A stretch of 63,601 nt of DNA, the filler included. It is 5 parts of 5 records of this genome, joined end to end, with 100 filler letters (N's around TTAATTAATTAA, not from the genome) between each part and the next. Parts side by side here need not be neighbours in the genome. Positions count along the whole stretch, not along the records: positions 28,528 to 44,312 come from SRR31156797_4948; positions 44,413 to 51,580 come from SRR31156797_4951; 3 more parts are not named here. One strand, 5' to 3'. The position numbers and the translations under genes were made by a program. This document shows positions 36,409 through 47,241 of this stretch, in pieces (within the stretch, counting starts at the first letter, position 1; each line of letters starts with the position of its first letter). The notes beneath the pieces were generated by a model. The model did not search any database. It was not told the DNA's origin and saw nothing but the letters and a program-made list of their open reading frames with translations.

Positions 36409-38676
36409 ATGGGCGAGTCAAAGGCCAAAAGATCGCCCCGCCAGCTTCTGGCGCGGGTCCGGGACATCATGGCCGGAACCGGCACTGCCCAGAGTCGCCT
36501 GGACCGGGTGGTGACGGAAATCGCCGGTGGCATGGTCGCCGAGGTCTGTTCGGTCTATGTCCTGCGCGCCGGCAACATGCTGGAATTGTTCGCCACCAAA
36601 GGCTTGAAAAAAGAAGCCGTCCACCAGACACGATTGCGGGTCGGCGAAGGCCTTGTCGGCGTCATCGCGGCCCGAGCCCGGCCGTTGTCGCTGTCGGACG
36701 CCCAGCACCACCCAAACTTCGCCTTCCGGCCGGAAACCGGTGAAGAGATCTATTTTTCGCTGATGGGCGTGCCGATTTTGCGCGGCGGCAGGGTGCTTGG
36801 CGTGCTCGTCGTGCAGAACAAGAAGCGGCGCCGCTATTTCCCCGAGCAGATCGAGATCATGCAGACCGTCGCCATGGTCCTGGCCGAGATGGTGGCCGGC
36901 GGCGAACTGGTTGGCGGCGAGGAACAGCTTCCGGCCGACGGCATTGCGACGGCGCCGCTGCAGATTCCGGCGGCGCGGTTCCACGGCGGCATCGGCATCG
37001 GCACGGCCGTTCTCAACCGACCGCATTTCAACGTCGAGCGGCTTGTTTCCGAGGATATCGAGGACGAACACCGGCGGGTCAAACAGGCCGTCGACGACAT
37101 GCATGGCGCGTTGGACGAGATGTTCGACGCCGCCGACGTCGGCGACGAGGAAAACCGGGGCATTCTCGAAAGCTACCGGATGATCTCGGAGGATGCCGGA
37201 TGGCTCGCCCGGATCGGCGAAGCGATCGACGGCGGCCTTACCGCCGAAGCCGCCGTGATGAAGGTGCAGAACGACATTCGTGCCCGATTGGGCCGGGTCG
37301 CGGACCGCTATCTTCGCGAACGCGTCTACGATATGGACGATCTGGCCGACCGCTTGTTGCGGCACCTGGTCGAGGCGGAAGGCGGGAAAGAGAACAAAAC
37401 CCTTCCCGACGACGTCGTCCTGTTTTCCCGCAATCTGGGGCCGGCGCAGCTTCTGGATATCGACCGCACCAAGCTTCGCGCCATCGTGCTTGAGGAAGGG
37501 TCGGCGACGGCGCATGTTGCGATCATCGCCCGGGCCATGGATATTCCGATGGTCGGTCAGGCCAAGGACGCCCTGTCGCGGGTCGAAGAAGGCGATCCCG
37601 TCATCGTCGATGCCGACCACGGCAATGTGCTGGTCCGGCCCGGCGAGAACGTCCGCCAATCCTTTACCGAGAGCGTCGTTGAACGCAATCTGCAGAAGGC
37701 CCGGTACGCCGCCCTTCGTGACCTGCCCGCGGTGACCCGCGACGGCGTGACGATCAGCCTTAACATCAATGCCGGTTTACGCATCGATCTGCCGCATCTT
37801 GAAGAAACCGGTGCCGACGGCGTCGGCCTGTATCGCACCGAAATTCCCTTCATGGCCCGTTCCGAGCTTCCCGACGTCGAGGCTCAGACAGCGGTCTATC
37901 GGGCCGTCCTCGAACAGGCCGGGGACAAACCGGTAATCTTCAGGACGGTCGACGTCGGCGGCGACAAGATCCTTCCCTATTGGAAAAACACCCAGGGCGA
38001 CAACCCGGCGATGGGCTGGCGGGCGATCCGCATCTGCCTCGACCGGCCGGCCATCCTGCGCCACCAGATGCGTGCGCTCATTCAGGCGGCGTCGGGCAAA
38101 CCCCTGCATCTGATGTTTCCGATGGTTGCCGAGGTCGCCGAATTCGACAGTGCCAAGCGCCTGCTCGATCTGGAATTGAACCGGGCGCGGAAATGGAACG
38201 ACGGTTTTCCCAGCTCGATCTCGGTCGGCGTCATGCTGGAAGTGCCGGCATTGATTTTCCAACTGCCGACGCTGTTGACGCGTGTCGACTTCGTCTCGAT
38301 CGGCAGCAACGATTTGTTTCAGTTCCTGTTCGCCAGCGACCGCGGCGATGCCCGGCTGGCGGATCGGTACGACCCGATTTCGCCGCCGACCCTTTCGGCG
38401 TTACGTTCGATCGTTCGGCAATGCGACGAAGCGAACGTGCCGATCAGCCTGTGCGGCGAGATGGCCAGTTCGCCATTGGACGCGCTTGCCTTGATCGGTT
38501 TGGGCCTGCGGCGGTTGTCGATGAACGCGTCGTCGGTGGGACCGGTGAAGGCGATGATCCGCAGCCTCGAAATCGATCCGCTGGTTCGATACATGGAATC
38601 ACTAATGGCGTCTTCCGACCACAGCCTTCGTGAAAAGCTTCGGAGCTTTGCCCACGATCATGGAGTCATGATTTAA
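36409..38676 (+). CDS. ptsP: PTS(Ntr) enzyme I with GAF domain
   Basis: N-terminal GAF; GSATAHVAI phospho-His; GLYRTE; NPAMGWRAIR; SIGSNDL. Confidence 0.93.
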   Translation: MGESKAKRSPRQLLARVRDIMAGTGTAQSRLDRVVTEIAGGMVAEVCSVYVLRAGNMLELFATKGLKKEAVHQTRLRVGEGLVGVIAARARPLSLSDAQHHPNFAFRPETGEEIYFSLMGVPILRGGRVLGVLVVQNKKRRRYFPEQIEIMQTVAMVLAEMVAGGELVGGEEQLPADGIATAPLQIPAARFHGGIGIGTAVLNRPHFNVERLVSEDIEDEHRRVKQAVDDMHGALDEMFDAADVGDEENRGILESYRMISEDAGWLARIGEAIDGGLTAEAAVMKVQNDIRARLGRVADRYLRERVYDMDDLADRLLRHLVEAEGGKENKTLPDDVVLFSRNLGPAQLLDIDRTKLRAIVLEEGSATAHVAIIARAMDIPMVGQAKDALSRVEEGDPVIVDADHGNVLVRPGENVRQSFTESVVERNLQKARYAALRDLPAVTRDGVTISLNINAGLRIDLPHLEETGADGVGLYRTEIPFMARSELPDVEAQTAVYRAVLEQAGDKPVIFRTVDVGGDKILPYWKNTQGDNPAMGWRAIRICLDRPAILRHQMRALIQAASGKPLHLMFPMVAEVAEFDSAKRLLDLELNRARKWNDGFPSSISVGVMLEVPALIFQLPTLLTRVDFVSIGSNDLFQFLFASDRGDARLADRYDPISPPTLSALRSIVRQCDEANVPISLCGEMASSPLDALALIGLGLRRLSMNASSVGPVKAMIRSLEIDPLVRYMESLMASSDHSLREKLRSFAHDHGVMI

Positions 38677-38891
38677 GAAATGGCCGTTTCCTGCTTGAAA
38701 TTTCACGATTTTCGGTCAGAATGACGCAACCACGAAAAACGGGATTCTCGGTTTACCTCCGATGATTCCGATATCCATCCGCAGGGAGAATTGCCGTGGG
38801 CGGGGCGCCGCATGGTTTGTGCGCCGACTCGCTCGAACGGAAGGGTCATACCGGTAAGGGGGAGCGGTTTCTATTTTCCGTGGCGTAAACG

Positions 38892-40508
38892 ATGATGAAC
38901 GCTGAGATCGGGCAGGGATTCGAACCGGGGGTTGGCGCCCTTTTGAGGGCCTCGCGGCTGCGTTGCGGCGAAGAGCTTAGGGACGTCGCCGACATCCTGC
39001 GCATCCGTTATCCGTACCTGGAAGCCATCGAGGATGGCAACTACCAGAATTTGCCGGGCGTCGCTTATGCGATCGGCTTCGTTCGCGCCTATGCCGACCA
39101 TCTTGGTTTGGATACGGAAGAGGTCGTCCGACGGTTCAAGGCGGAAACCGAGAACCTGGAACGCCGCTCGGAGCTGGTGTTCCCGTCGCCGATTCCCGAA
39201 CGCGGCACGCCCGGCGCGGCGATCATTTTCGTCGGCCTGCTGGTCGCCGCGGTTGCCTACGGCGCCTGGTACGTCGGGACGTCCGAGGAATCCGTTTTCG
39301 ACGATCTGGTATCGCCGATTCCGGATCGTCTTGCCGCTCTCGTCGGCAGCGGTGATACGCCGCCCGTCGAACCCGAGGCCGCTTCTCCGGCAGGATCGGA
39401 GATGAGGCCCGATGTCGCTCCGGCGACGCCGCCGATGGATGCATCGCCGGCCGAACAACCGGCCGAGCCGATGCAAACCGGCACCGAAAGCCCGGTGACC
39501 CCGGCGGAAACGCCTGCGGTGGCGGAGACGGCGCCGATGGAAGACGGCGCGGCGACGGCCGATGCCGCTTCCGTACCCCTGCCGGAAACGGCGACACCGG
39601 AGCCGGCGGCAATGCAGGCGCCGGCGACCGAAGACCCCGCCGAAGCCGTAGCGCGGGCTGCCGCCGATGCCATTGCCGCCGTCGATACGGCGACGACCGA
39701 AAGCCCGGTTGCCGAAGAGACCGCGGCCGAAGTGCTTCCGCCTTCGGCACCTGAATTCACGGCACCTGCTGCCGTCGCTCCGCCGGAAGCCCCGGCACCG
39801 ACGGCTTCCGTGCCCGATCAACCGGCCGAAGCCGAGCCGCAGGTTGCCGAGGTTACACCGCAGGAAACACCGGCTGCGGAAACGGCTTCGGATTTGACAG
39901 CCGCCGTGCCCGAGACCGGAGCCGCCGAAATGGTTGCCCCGGATGAAACCGCGGCCGGATCCCCGACGCCGGACGTAACCGACAACGTAACGCAAGCCGT
40001 GCCCGCCGAAAGCCCGATTACGGAGCCGGCGCAACCGGTTGTTGCCGATACGCCTGAGGCCGCCGTTTCGGACGCTCCCGACACGCCGCCGGCCGGAGAT
40101 GCACAGGTCGCCGCCCTGCCGCAGACGCCCGAACCGGCCGCCACGGAGACGGCGACGGAAACGGCCGAACCGGCCCAGGCCGCCGCCGTGGCCGAACCGG
40201 AGCCCGAAGTGGTGGCACCGGTGGTTGCGGGTGGATCACGCGTCGTCGTCCGTGCCAAGTCGGACAGTTGGATCCAGGTCCGGGACGGTGTGGCGAGACG
40301 TTTGCTGGTGACGCGCCTGTTGCGGGCGGGCGACAGCTACCGCGTCCCCGATCAACCGGGACTGACCCTGTTGACGGGCAATGCGGGTGCCCTTGAGATT
40401 CTGGTTGACGGCGAGCCGGTCAATTCCATCGGCGAGGTCGGGGCGGTGCGCCGCAACGTGGCGCTTGACGCCGAACGCCTGAAGGACGGAACGGCCGTCC
40501 TGGATTGA
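38892..40508 (+). CDS. rodZ: RodZ-family protein (HTH, TM, long P/A/E/T-rich linker, DUF4115)
   Basis: LRIRYPYLEAIEDG...GFVRAYADHLGLD; one TM; SWIQVRD...TGNAGALEILVDG; directly upstream of ispG. Confidence 0.85.
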   Translation: MMNAEIGQGFEPGVGALLRASRLRCGEELRDVADILRIRYPYLEAIEDGNYQNLPGVAYAIGFVRAYADHLGLDTEEVVRRFKAETENLERRSELVFPSPIPERGTPGAAIIFVGLLVAAVAYGAWYVGTSEESVFDDLVSPIPDRLAALVGSGDTPPVEPEAASPAGSEMRPDVAPATPPMDASPAEQPAEPMQTGTESPVTPAETPAVAETAPMEDGAATADAASVPLPETATPEPAAMQAPATEDPAEAVARAAADAIAAVDTATTESPVAEETAAEVLPPSAPEFTAPAAVAPPEAPAPTASVPDQPAEAEPQVAEVTPQETPAAETASDLTAAVPETGAAEMVAPDETAAGSPTPDVTDNVTQAVPAESPITEPAQPVVADTPEAAVSDAPDTPPAGDAQVAALPQTPEPAATETATETAEPAQAAAVAEPEPEVVAPVVAGGSRVVVRAKSDSWIQVRDGVARRLLVTRLLRAGDSYRVPDQPGLTLLTGNAGALEILVDGEPVNSIGEVGAVRRNVALDAERLKDGTAVLD

Positions 40509-40648
40509 TCCTTCCCTTGGCGGTTTCCATATTCCCAGAAGCACCCCGGCGGTTGTGCCGACGTGTCGATGACCGTTGACCCGGGCTTGGCGGTTGCGGC
40601 ACAAAGCCCGGACGTGAACCGATACTAGGAAACCATTCGAAGGCGAGC

Positions 40649-41905
40649 ATGACGACCGATACCGTACTTGCGAATTCCCGCCACAAGACCGTTCCGGTTC
40701 GTGTCGGCGATGTCACGATTGGTGGCGGCGCGCCGATTGTCGTGCAATCCATGACCAATACCGATACGGCGGATGCCGAGGCGACGGCGGCGCAGGTTGC
40801 GGCGTTGGCGGTTGCCGGGTCGGAACTGGTCCGGATTACCGTCGACCGGCCGGAGGCGGCCGCCGCCGTTCCAAAGATCCGGGACCTGCTTTCGAAGCAA
40901 GGCGTCGACGTGCCGCTGGTCGGCGATTTTCACTATGTCGGGCACAAGCTGCTGGCCGATTACCCGGCCTGTGCCGAGGCCCTGGACAAATACCGGATCA
41001 ATCCGGGCAATGTCGGTTTCCGGGAAAAGCGCGACAGGCAGTTCTCGGCCATGATCGAAACGGCGATCCGTTATGAAAAGCCGGTTCGAATCGGTGTCAA
41101 CTGGGGCAGCCTCGATCAGGAACTGCTGGCCCGGATGATGGACGAGAACGCCAAATCCTCCCAGCCGCGCACGGCCGAGGCGGTCATGCACGACGCCCTG
41201 GTGACGTCGGCCCTGGAAAGTGCGGCGCGGGCCGAGGAAATCGGCCTGTCCCGCGACCGCATCGTTCTGTCCTGCAAGGTCAGCGATGTCCAGGCCCTGG
41301 TTTCCGTTTACGGCGATTTGGCCGGGCGCAGCGATTATGCCCTTCATCTGGGCCTGACCGAGGCCGGCATGGGATCGAAGGGTATCGTCGCCTCGACGGC
41401 GGCGCTGTCGGTTCTGTTGCAGCGCGGCATCGGCGACACCATTCGGGTTTCCCTGACTCCGGAACCCGGCGGTGATCGCACCCAGGAAGTGATCGTCGCC
41501 CAGCAAATCCTGCAAACCATGGGCTTCCGGTCGTTCACGCCGATGGTGACGGCCTGTCCCGGCTGTGGCCGGACGACGAGCACGGTTTTCCAGCATCTGG
41601 CCGATCGCATTCAGGGATACCTGCGCGACCGCATGCCGGAATGGCGCGAGCGCTATCCGGGTGTCGAAACCCTGAACCTGGCGGTGATGGGCTGCATCGT
41701 CAACGGACCGGGGGAAAGCAAGCATGCCGATATCGGCATCAGCCTGCCCGGCACCGGAGAGGAGCCGTCGGCCCCGGTGTTCGTCGACGGCAAGAAATCC
41801 GTCACCCTGCGTGGACCGCGCATTGCGGAAGACTTCCAACAGATTGTAGAAGACTACGTGAAGGACCGGTTTGGCGGCGGCGGCCAGGATGCCGCGGCGG
41901 AATAG
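40649..41905 (+). CDS. ispG: HMBPP synthase
   Basis: [43 protein letters not shown]. Confidence 0.96.
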   Translation: MTTDTVLANSRHKTVPVRVGDVTIGGGAPIVVQSMTNTDTADAEATAAQVAALAVAGSELVRITVDRPEAAAAVPKIRDLLSKQGVDVPLVGDFHYVGHKLLADYPACAEALDKYRINPGNVGFREKRDRQFSAMIETAIRYEKPVRIGVNWGSLDQELLARMMDENAKSSQPRTAEAVMHDALVTSALESAARAEEIGLSRDRIVLSCKVSDVQALVSVYGDLAGRSDYALHLGLTEAGMGSKGIVASTAALSVLLQRGIGDTIRVSLTPEPGGDRTQEVIVAQQILQTMGFRSFTPMVTACPGCGRTTSTVFQHLADRIQGYLRDRMPEWRERYPGVETLNLAVMGCIVNGPGESKHADIGISLPGTGEEPSAPVFVDGKKSVTLRGPRIAEDFQQIVEDYVKDRFGGGGQDAAAE

Positions 41906-41971
41906 AACCGAATAACGCGGCGCCCGATCCGATATCGGCGTTGCACCAATAACACGGACCAAGAAAAGAAC

Positions 41972-43216
41972 ATGGCATCATTAAAGCCGGTACGCGGCAC
42001 CCACGACCTGTTGGACGGCGATATCGTCAAGCACCGTCATGTCGAACAGACGGCGCTGGCGGTGGCGGCGCAATATGGTTTCAGCGAGATCCGCACGCCG
42101 GTTTTCGAGTTTACCGAAGTTTTCGCGCGCACGCTGGGCGATACGTCGGACATCGTGACGAAGGAAATGTACACCTTCGAGGACAAGGGCGGTGAACGCA
42201 TCACCCTGCGTCCCGAGGGAACGGCGGGCGTGGCCCGAGCCTTCATTTCGGAAGGCATGGCGCAAAAGCTGCCGCTCAAGTTCTTCTATCGTGGACCGAT
42301 GTTCCGTTACGAGCGCCCGCAGAAGGGGCGCCAACGGCAGTTCCATCAGATCGGCGTCGAACTTCTCGGCGTCGACCGCCCGCTCGCCGATATCGAGGTG
42401 ATCGCCATGGGCGCCCAGATCCTCGACGAACTGGGATTGTCCGACCATATCGTTTGCGAGATCAACAGCTTGGGCGATGCCGACAGCCGCGTTGCCTATC
42501 GCGAAGAACTGGTCCGCTATCTCGAAGGCCATCGCGACGCCCTGTCGGAAGACAGCCGCGGCCGCCTTGAGCGCAATCCCCTTCGCATTCTCGATTCGAA
42601 GGAAGAGCGTGACAAGGAAATCGTCGCCGGTGCTCCGCTGATGTCGGATTCGCTGAACGACGAGTCTCGCCGGTTCTTCGATGAACTGCTGAACGGGCTC
42701 GAGATCGCCGGCATATCCTACACGCTTAATCCCCGCCTGGTTCGCGGCCTCGATTATTACTGCCATACCGCCTTCGAGTTCACCACAGATGCGTTGGGCG
42801 CCCAGGGAACCGTGTTGGGCGGCGGCCGCTACGACGGTCTGATCAAACAGATGGGCGGCCCGGCGACGCCCGGCATCGGCTGGGCGGCGGGTGTCGAGAG
42901 GCTGGCCATGCTGATCGCCGAGGCGCCGTCACAGGCGCGTCCGGTCGTCGTCGTCCCGGTCGGCGCCGAAGCCGCGACGACGGCGCTTGATGTGACGCAA
43001 CGCCTGCGCCGCGCCGGATTGACCGTCGATCTGGGATATTCCGGAAATCTGAGCAAACGCATGAAACGGGCCAACGGGTTGAACGCCTGCGCCGTCGTTC
43101 TTCTCGGCGAAGACGAAATCGCGCGCGGCGTCGCCACCGTCCGCGACATGGATTCGGGCGAGCAGGCCGAGGTGCCTCTGACGTCCCTGGAGACACACCT
43201 CGATCGCTTCCGTTAG
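41972..43216 (+). CDS. hisS: Histidine--tRNA ligase
   Basis: LRPEGTA; FRYERPQKGRQRQFHQ; LVRGLDYY; GGGRYDGL. Confidence 0.97.
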   Translation: MASLKPVRGTHDLLDGDIVKHRHVEQTALAVAAQYGFSEIRTPVFEFTEVFARTLGDTSDIVTKEMYTFEDKGGERITLRPEGTAGVARAFISEGMAQKLPLKFFYRGPMFRYERPQKGRQRQFHQIGVELLGVDRPLADIEVIAMGAQILDELGLSDHIVCEINSLGDADSRVAYREELVRYLEGHRDALSEDSRGRLERNPLRILDSKEERDKEIVAGAPLMSDSLNDESRRFFDELLNGLEIAGISYTLNPRLVRGLDYYCHTAFEFTTDALGAQGTVLGGGRYDGLIKQMGGPATPGIGWAAGVERLAMLIAEAPSQARPVVVVPVGAEAATTALDVTQRLRRAGLTVDLGYSGNLSKRMKRANGLNACAVVLLGEDEIARGVATVRDMDSGEQAEVPLTSLETHLDRFR

Positions 43217-43223
43217 GGGGCGT

Positions 43224-44312
43224 ATGGCCGAGGGTCCAAAAAAAGGCAAACGGCCGCTGGTCGTTGGTGCCAATCATAAATCGAGTTCGCTGGCGCTTCG
43301 CGACCGCTTGTTCCTAGAAGATTCGGAGGTGCCCGTTTTCCTTGGCCGGTTGAAGGCAGGGGGCATCGACGAGGCGATGGTGCTGTCGACCTGCGATCGG
43401 ATCGAGGTGCAGGCGATCCATGACGATCATGCGGTCGCGATCGGTGTCATTCTTGCGGCCTTCGCCGAGCGGGCCGGAACATCGGCCGACGAGATTTTCG
43501 AAGAAACCTACACCCATGCCGATGCCGAAGCCGTTCGCCACGCCTTCGCGGTCGCCGCGTCGCTCGACAGCCAGGTGCCGGGCGAACCGCAGGTACTGGG
43601 CCAGGTCAAGGCGAGCCATCGTTTGGCGCGCGACGCCGGCATGAGCGGTTCCGACCTGGAGGCCCTGGTACAGGCGGCGTTTTCGGCCGCGAAGAGGGTG
43701 CGCACGGAAACGGCAATCGGCGAACGCCCGGTTACCATCGCGGCGGCCGCCGTGCAGATCGCAAAGGATCTTCATGGCGATCTGGAGGATTGCACCGGCG
43801 TTTTGATCGGCGCTGGCGAAATGGGCGAACTGGTTGCCGGCGAGATGGCCAACGGCGGGATGGGCGAACTGACCGTGGTTCACCCGACGGAACGGCGGGC
43901 CCGGGTGGCGGCCCGTAATCTCGATTGCCATTTTGCCGACTATGGCGACTTGTCCCGGCTTTTGGGCACGGCGGACATCGTGCTGTCGGCTCTTGGCCAG
44001 CGGCGGTATACGCTCAGTGCCGACATGGTCCTGGCGGCGCTGAAAACGCGCCGGCGCAAACCGGTGTTCCTGGTCGATGCCGGTCTGCCGGGCGATATCG
44101 ATCCGGCGATCAATCGCTTGGACGGCGCGTTTTTGTACGACCTGAACGATTTGGAACATGCGGCGCTCGAGGGCCGCGCCAACCGCGAGACCGAATCGAA
44201 GGCGGCCTGGCGCATCGTCGATGCCGAGGTGGCGGCGTTTCTGCATGGGCGCGCCGAACGCGATGCGATACCGGTATTGTCGAGCCTTCGTTTCCATTTC
44301 CAGGAAGTCCGC
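43224..44312 (+). CDS. hemA: Glutamyl-tRNA reductase (3'-truncated by contig end)
   Basis: GANHKS; LSTCDRIE; SLDSQVPGEPQVLGQVK; IGAGEMG. Confidence 0.9.
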
Positions 44313-44412
44313 NNNNNNNNNNNNNNNNNNNNNNNNNNNNNNNNNNNNNNNNNNNNTTAATTAATTAANNNNNNNNNNNNNNNNNNNNNNNNNNNNNNNN
44401 NNNNNNNNNNNN
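44313..44412. other. Artificial contig linker
   Basis: N run containing TTAATTAATTAA. Confidence 0.97.
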
Positions 44413-45065
44413 ATCCGGGTGTAGGTAAGGTATTGGCAGAAGACAAACGTCCTGACTTGCCGTGGTCGCCTTTTCCGGCTAAACAAGTTAGGGATGAATT
44501 TAGCCAAAACGAACTTAATTTAGAATGGAACATGTTACGTACCCCTCATTCAAACTGGTACGAACTAAAAGATAATAAGCTGGTTTTAGATTTACGTCCG
44601 GAGATTTTGGACAGTTTAACCAATCCTTCGTTATTGGCCCGCAGAATTACAGACCATAAGTTTACCGCAAGTTTAAAACTTGATTTTAAAACAAAGAAAC
44701 AGAATGAAAAGGCCGGGATGATTCTTTACCGCCGAAGTGCCTGTCATTATCAGTTTTTAAAAGAAGATGATGAACTGGTAATTGTAAAAACCGAACCAGA
44801 TGCCAAAACTGAAGTAGCAAGGATTCTTTATGAAAAGGATTCGGTTGTTTTAAAAGTCGTGGCAGAAGGGCTTGATTTGCAGTTTTTGTATGGTCCTAAC
44901 GAAAAAGAATTAATAAAATTGGGTGGTATTCAGTCCATGGCAACCATTTCTTTTGAAGTTGCTGGTGGTTTTAATGGTCCTTATGTTGGAATGTATGCCA
45001 CAAGCAACGGCGAAAAAAGCAAATCGAAAGCTGAGTTTGATTGGTTTGAGTACCAGGGACAGTAA
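44413..45065 (+). CDS. GH43 beta-xylosidase-type protein, C-terminal ConA-like domain (5'-truncated)
   Basis: DEF...EWNMLRTP; LLARR; AGGFNGPYVGMYATSNG; AEFDWFEY. Confidence 0.8.
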
Positions 45066-45139
45066 GTGTAAAAAGATACTTCTTTTAACTTCTGCAATTA
45101 TTTATTGGCAAGATTTTAATTTGAAAAAATATTTATTTC

Positions 45140-46246
45140 ATGAAAAAGTTTTCATTTGAGCTATTGGCTCTTTTATTGTTCTTTTGGGCTTCTTGTACAC
45201 AAAAGGAAGTGGCATATTTTACGCCTGATAATGAATTAATTCGTTACGAAGGGCGTATTGATCTTTCGGATAACAATCATCCTGTTCTTATTGGTTCAGC
45301 ATCTTATATTGAAGTTGGATTTGTTGGTGATTCGTGTACAATTCTTCTTGAAAAACGGAATACTGAGGCCGACTATAATTTTATTTCGCTTGAGTTGGAT
45401 GGTCAGTATCTGGGACGTTTAAAAATTGAAAAAGAAGGAATGCAGGCATATCCTGTTCAGGTTGAGAAAGGAGACAGAAATCATAATCTTAAAATTTATA
45501 AAGCAACAGAAGCGGCCAATGGTACCGTTGTTTTTGGAGGAATTAAAGCATATAATTTAAAGGAATTATCCGCATTACCGGAAAGAAAAATTGAGTTTAT
45601 TGGCAACTCCATCACCTGTGGGATGGGAATCGACTGGAAAGAAATTCCATGTCATACCGGACCGTGGTACGACCAGCATAACGCATACTTTGCTTATGGG
45701 CCAACGGCGGCAAAAGCTTTAAATGCACGTTTTATGCTTAGTTCTGTTTCCGGGATTGGTATCTACCGTAACTGGAATAATCCGGCACCTGTTATGCCAG
45801 ATGTATATGAAAACATGTACCTGAATACAGACAGCGTAAAGAAATGGGATTTTAACCGCTATTCGCCCGATCTGGTAAGTATTTGTTTGGGAACCAATGA
45901 TTTTTCGGATGGCGACGGAAAATCAGAGCGTTTGCCTTTTGATCCGGTTCAATATGTAACTCGTTATATTGCGTTTGTTCAAACTATTTATTCGCATTAC
46001 CCCGATGTACAAATTTGTTTATTAACAAGCCCGATGGTTTCAGGTGAAAAGGCTGCGTTATTTGAGAAATGTTTAACAGAGGTGAAAGAGCATTTTGATA
46101 AGGCTGATCAGGGAAGAAAAGAGATTGCACTTTATTGTTTTAAAGATCTTGAGCCACATGGTTGCGATTATCACCCCGACAAAGAAGACCAAGAGGAAAT
46201 GGCCAAACGGCTTGTACCATTTTATAAGGAAATAATGGAGTGGTAA
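45140..46246 (+). CDS. SGNH hydrolase, CE2-like carbohydrate esterase lipoprotein
   Basis: IEFIGNSITCGMG; SVSGIG; LGTNDF; CDYHP. Confidence 0.82.
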   Translation: MKKFSFELLALLLFFWASCTQKEVAYFTPDNELIRYEGRIDLSDNNHPVLIGSASYIEVGFVGDSCTILLEKRNTEADYNFISLELDGQYLGRLKIEKEGMQAYPVQVEKGDRNHNLKIYKATEAANGTVVFGGIKAYNLKELSALPERKIEFIGNSITCGMGIDWKEIPCHTGPWYDQHNAYFAYGPTAAKALNARFMLSSVSGIGIYRNWNNPAPVMPDVYENMYLNTDSVKKWDFNRYSPDLVSICLGTNDFSDGDGKSERLPFDPVQYVTRYIAFVQTIYSHYPDVQICLLTSPMVSGEKAALFEKCLTEVKEHFDKADQGRKEIALYCFKDLEPHGCDYHPDKEDQEEMAKRLVPFYKEIMEW

Positions 46247-46339
46247 TATCCATTGTTGGTGCCACTATACGAATTTTGATATTGGGGCTTATCAGCACAG
46301 TCGCAGTAGTTAAAAGCAATTACTGCGACTGTGGTTAAA

Positions 46340-46837
46340 TTATTGAGGTCCTCCCTCAGGTCTGTCACCTGGTCTTCCCCCAGGGCCACCACCGGGGCCT
46401 CCCATTCCGCGACCACCTTCACGCATTTTTTGTCTTCTTTCTTTTTCTAACTCCTGGTATTTCTCCCATTGTTCGGCCGAAAGAATTTCCTGAACTTTTT
46501 TGTTCTGTTCTTCACGCATTTGCTGCATAACTTTGCGCATTTTTTCAAAATCACCATCGCCAGGGCGCATTTCTTCTCGGTTTTCCCTCATTTTTTCCAT
46601 GCCATCTAAAAGAACTTTGCGCATTTGTTCTTCCTGGGCGTCACTAAGTTTTAGTGCTTCATCCATTTCCTCCATTCGGCGATCGATCATTTCTTCCGGA
46701 TTAAACTGACCGCGTTGGCCAGGTTGACCGGGGCCGTCAGAAGAAGTTGAGTTTTTTTTACTGCCCTGATTACAGGCCGATATTAAAACAACCAAAACAA
46801 CTAAAAGTGAAATTGTAATTTGTCTCATCGATATCAA
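46340..46837 (-). CDS. Helical low-complexity lipoprotein (Spy/CpxP- or DUF4890-like)
   Basis: Lipobox LISAC; LKLSDAQ and ILSAEQWEKY repeats; Gly-rich tail. Confidence 0.65.
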   Translation of the reverse strand: MISMRQITISLLVVLVVLISACNQGSKKNSTSSDGPGQPGQRGQFNPEEMIDRRMEEMDEALKLSDAQEEQMRKVLLDGMEKMRENREEMRPGDGDFEKMRKVMQQMREEQNKKVQEILSAEQWEKYQELEKERRQKMREGGRGMGGPGGGPGGRPGDRPEGGPQ

Positions 46838-46914
46838 TTTAATTTATACGTATAATTATTTTCTGCTTAATACTCAAATCTTGTGTCTCATATTATAATT
46901 GTTCTTTTGAATTC

Positions 46915-46935
46915 CCTGTCTGACGGACAGGCAGG
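46915..46935. repeat. Short palindromic REP-like element
   Basis: CCTGTCTGACGGACAGGCAGG, GC-rich imperfect palindrome in an AT-rich intergenic region. Confidence 0.5.
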
Positions 46936-47204
46936 CATTCTTCTTTAAACTTATGTACTTACGGAGCATAGTAATTTACTTATTATACAGGTGGCTGATA
47001 AAAAGTCCTAAAAAATACAGATAAATTAGATGTTTTTTTTCGGGAATGGTTTAATTCCGTTTTATTTTTCTTTTCAGGTTCGTGAAGATATAGTGGTGCA
47101 CAATGAAAACCAAATACGATGTAAACCCATATTTAATACTTTAATTGTTTAAAAATTCTTTCTAATTCTGGTTCTAATCAACAATCCCCTGAATTAAAAT
47201 GTAT

Positions 47205-47212
47205 TAACTTTG
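47205..47212 (+). promoter_or_regulatory. Bacteroidota sigma-A -7 element for glyA
   Basis: TAACTTTG ending 30 nt before the ATG. Confidence 0.55.
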
Positions 47213-47241
47213 TGCTTTCAAAAAATTAATTCAGTTACAAG

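Noticed and set aside
29947-44368. Many long overlapping or antisense ORFs (e.g. 34358-35338, 35286-36533, 36418-37659, 38871-40034, 40625-41962, 43314-44297)
   Set aside because: Shadow ORFs of well-conserved genes in high-GC DNA, with no recognisable motifs.
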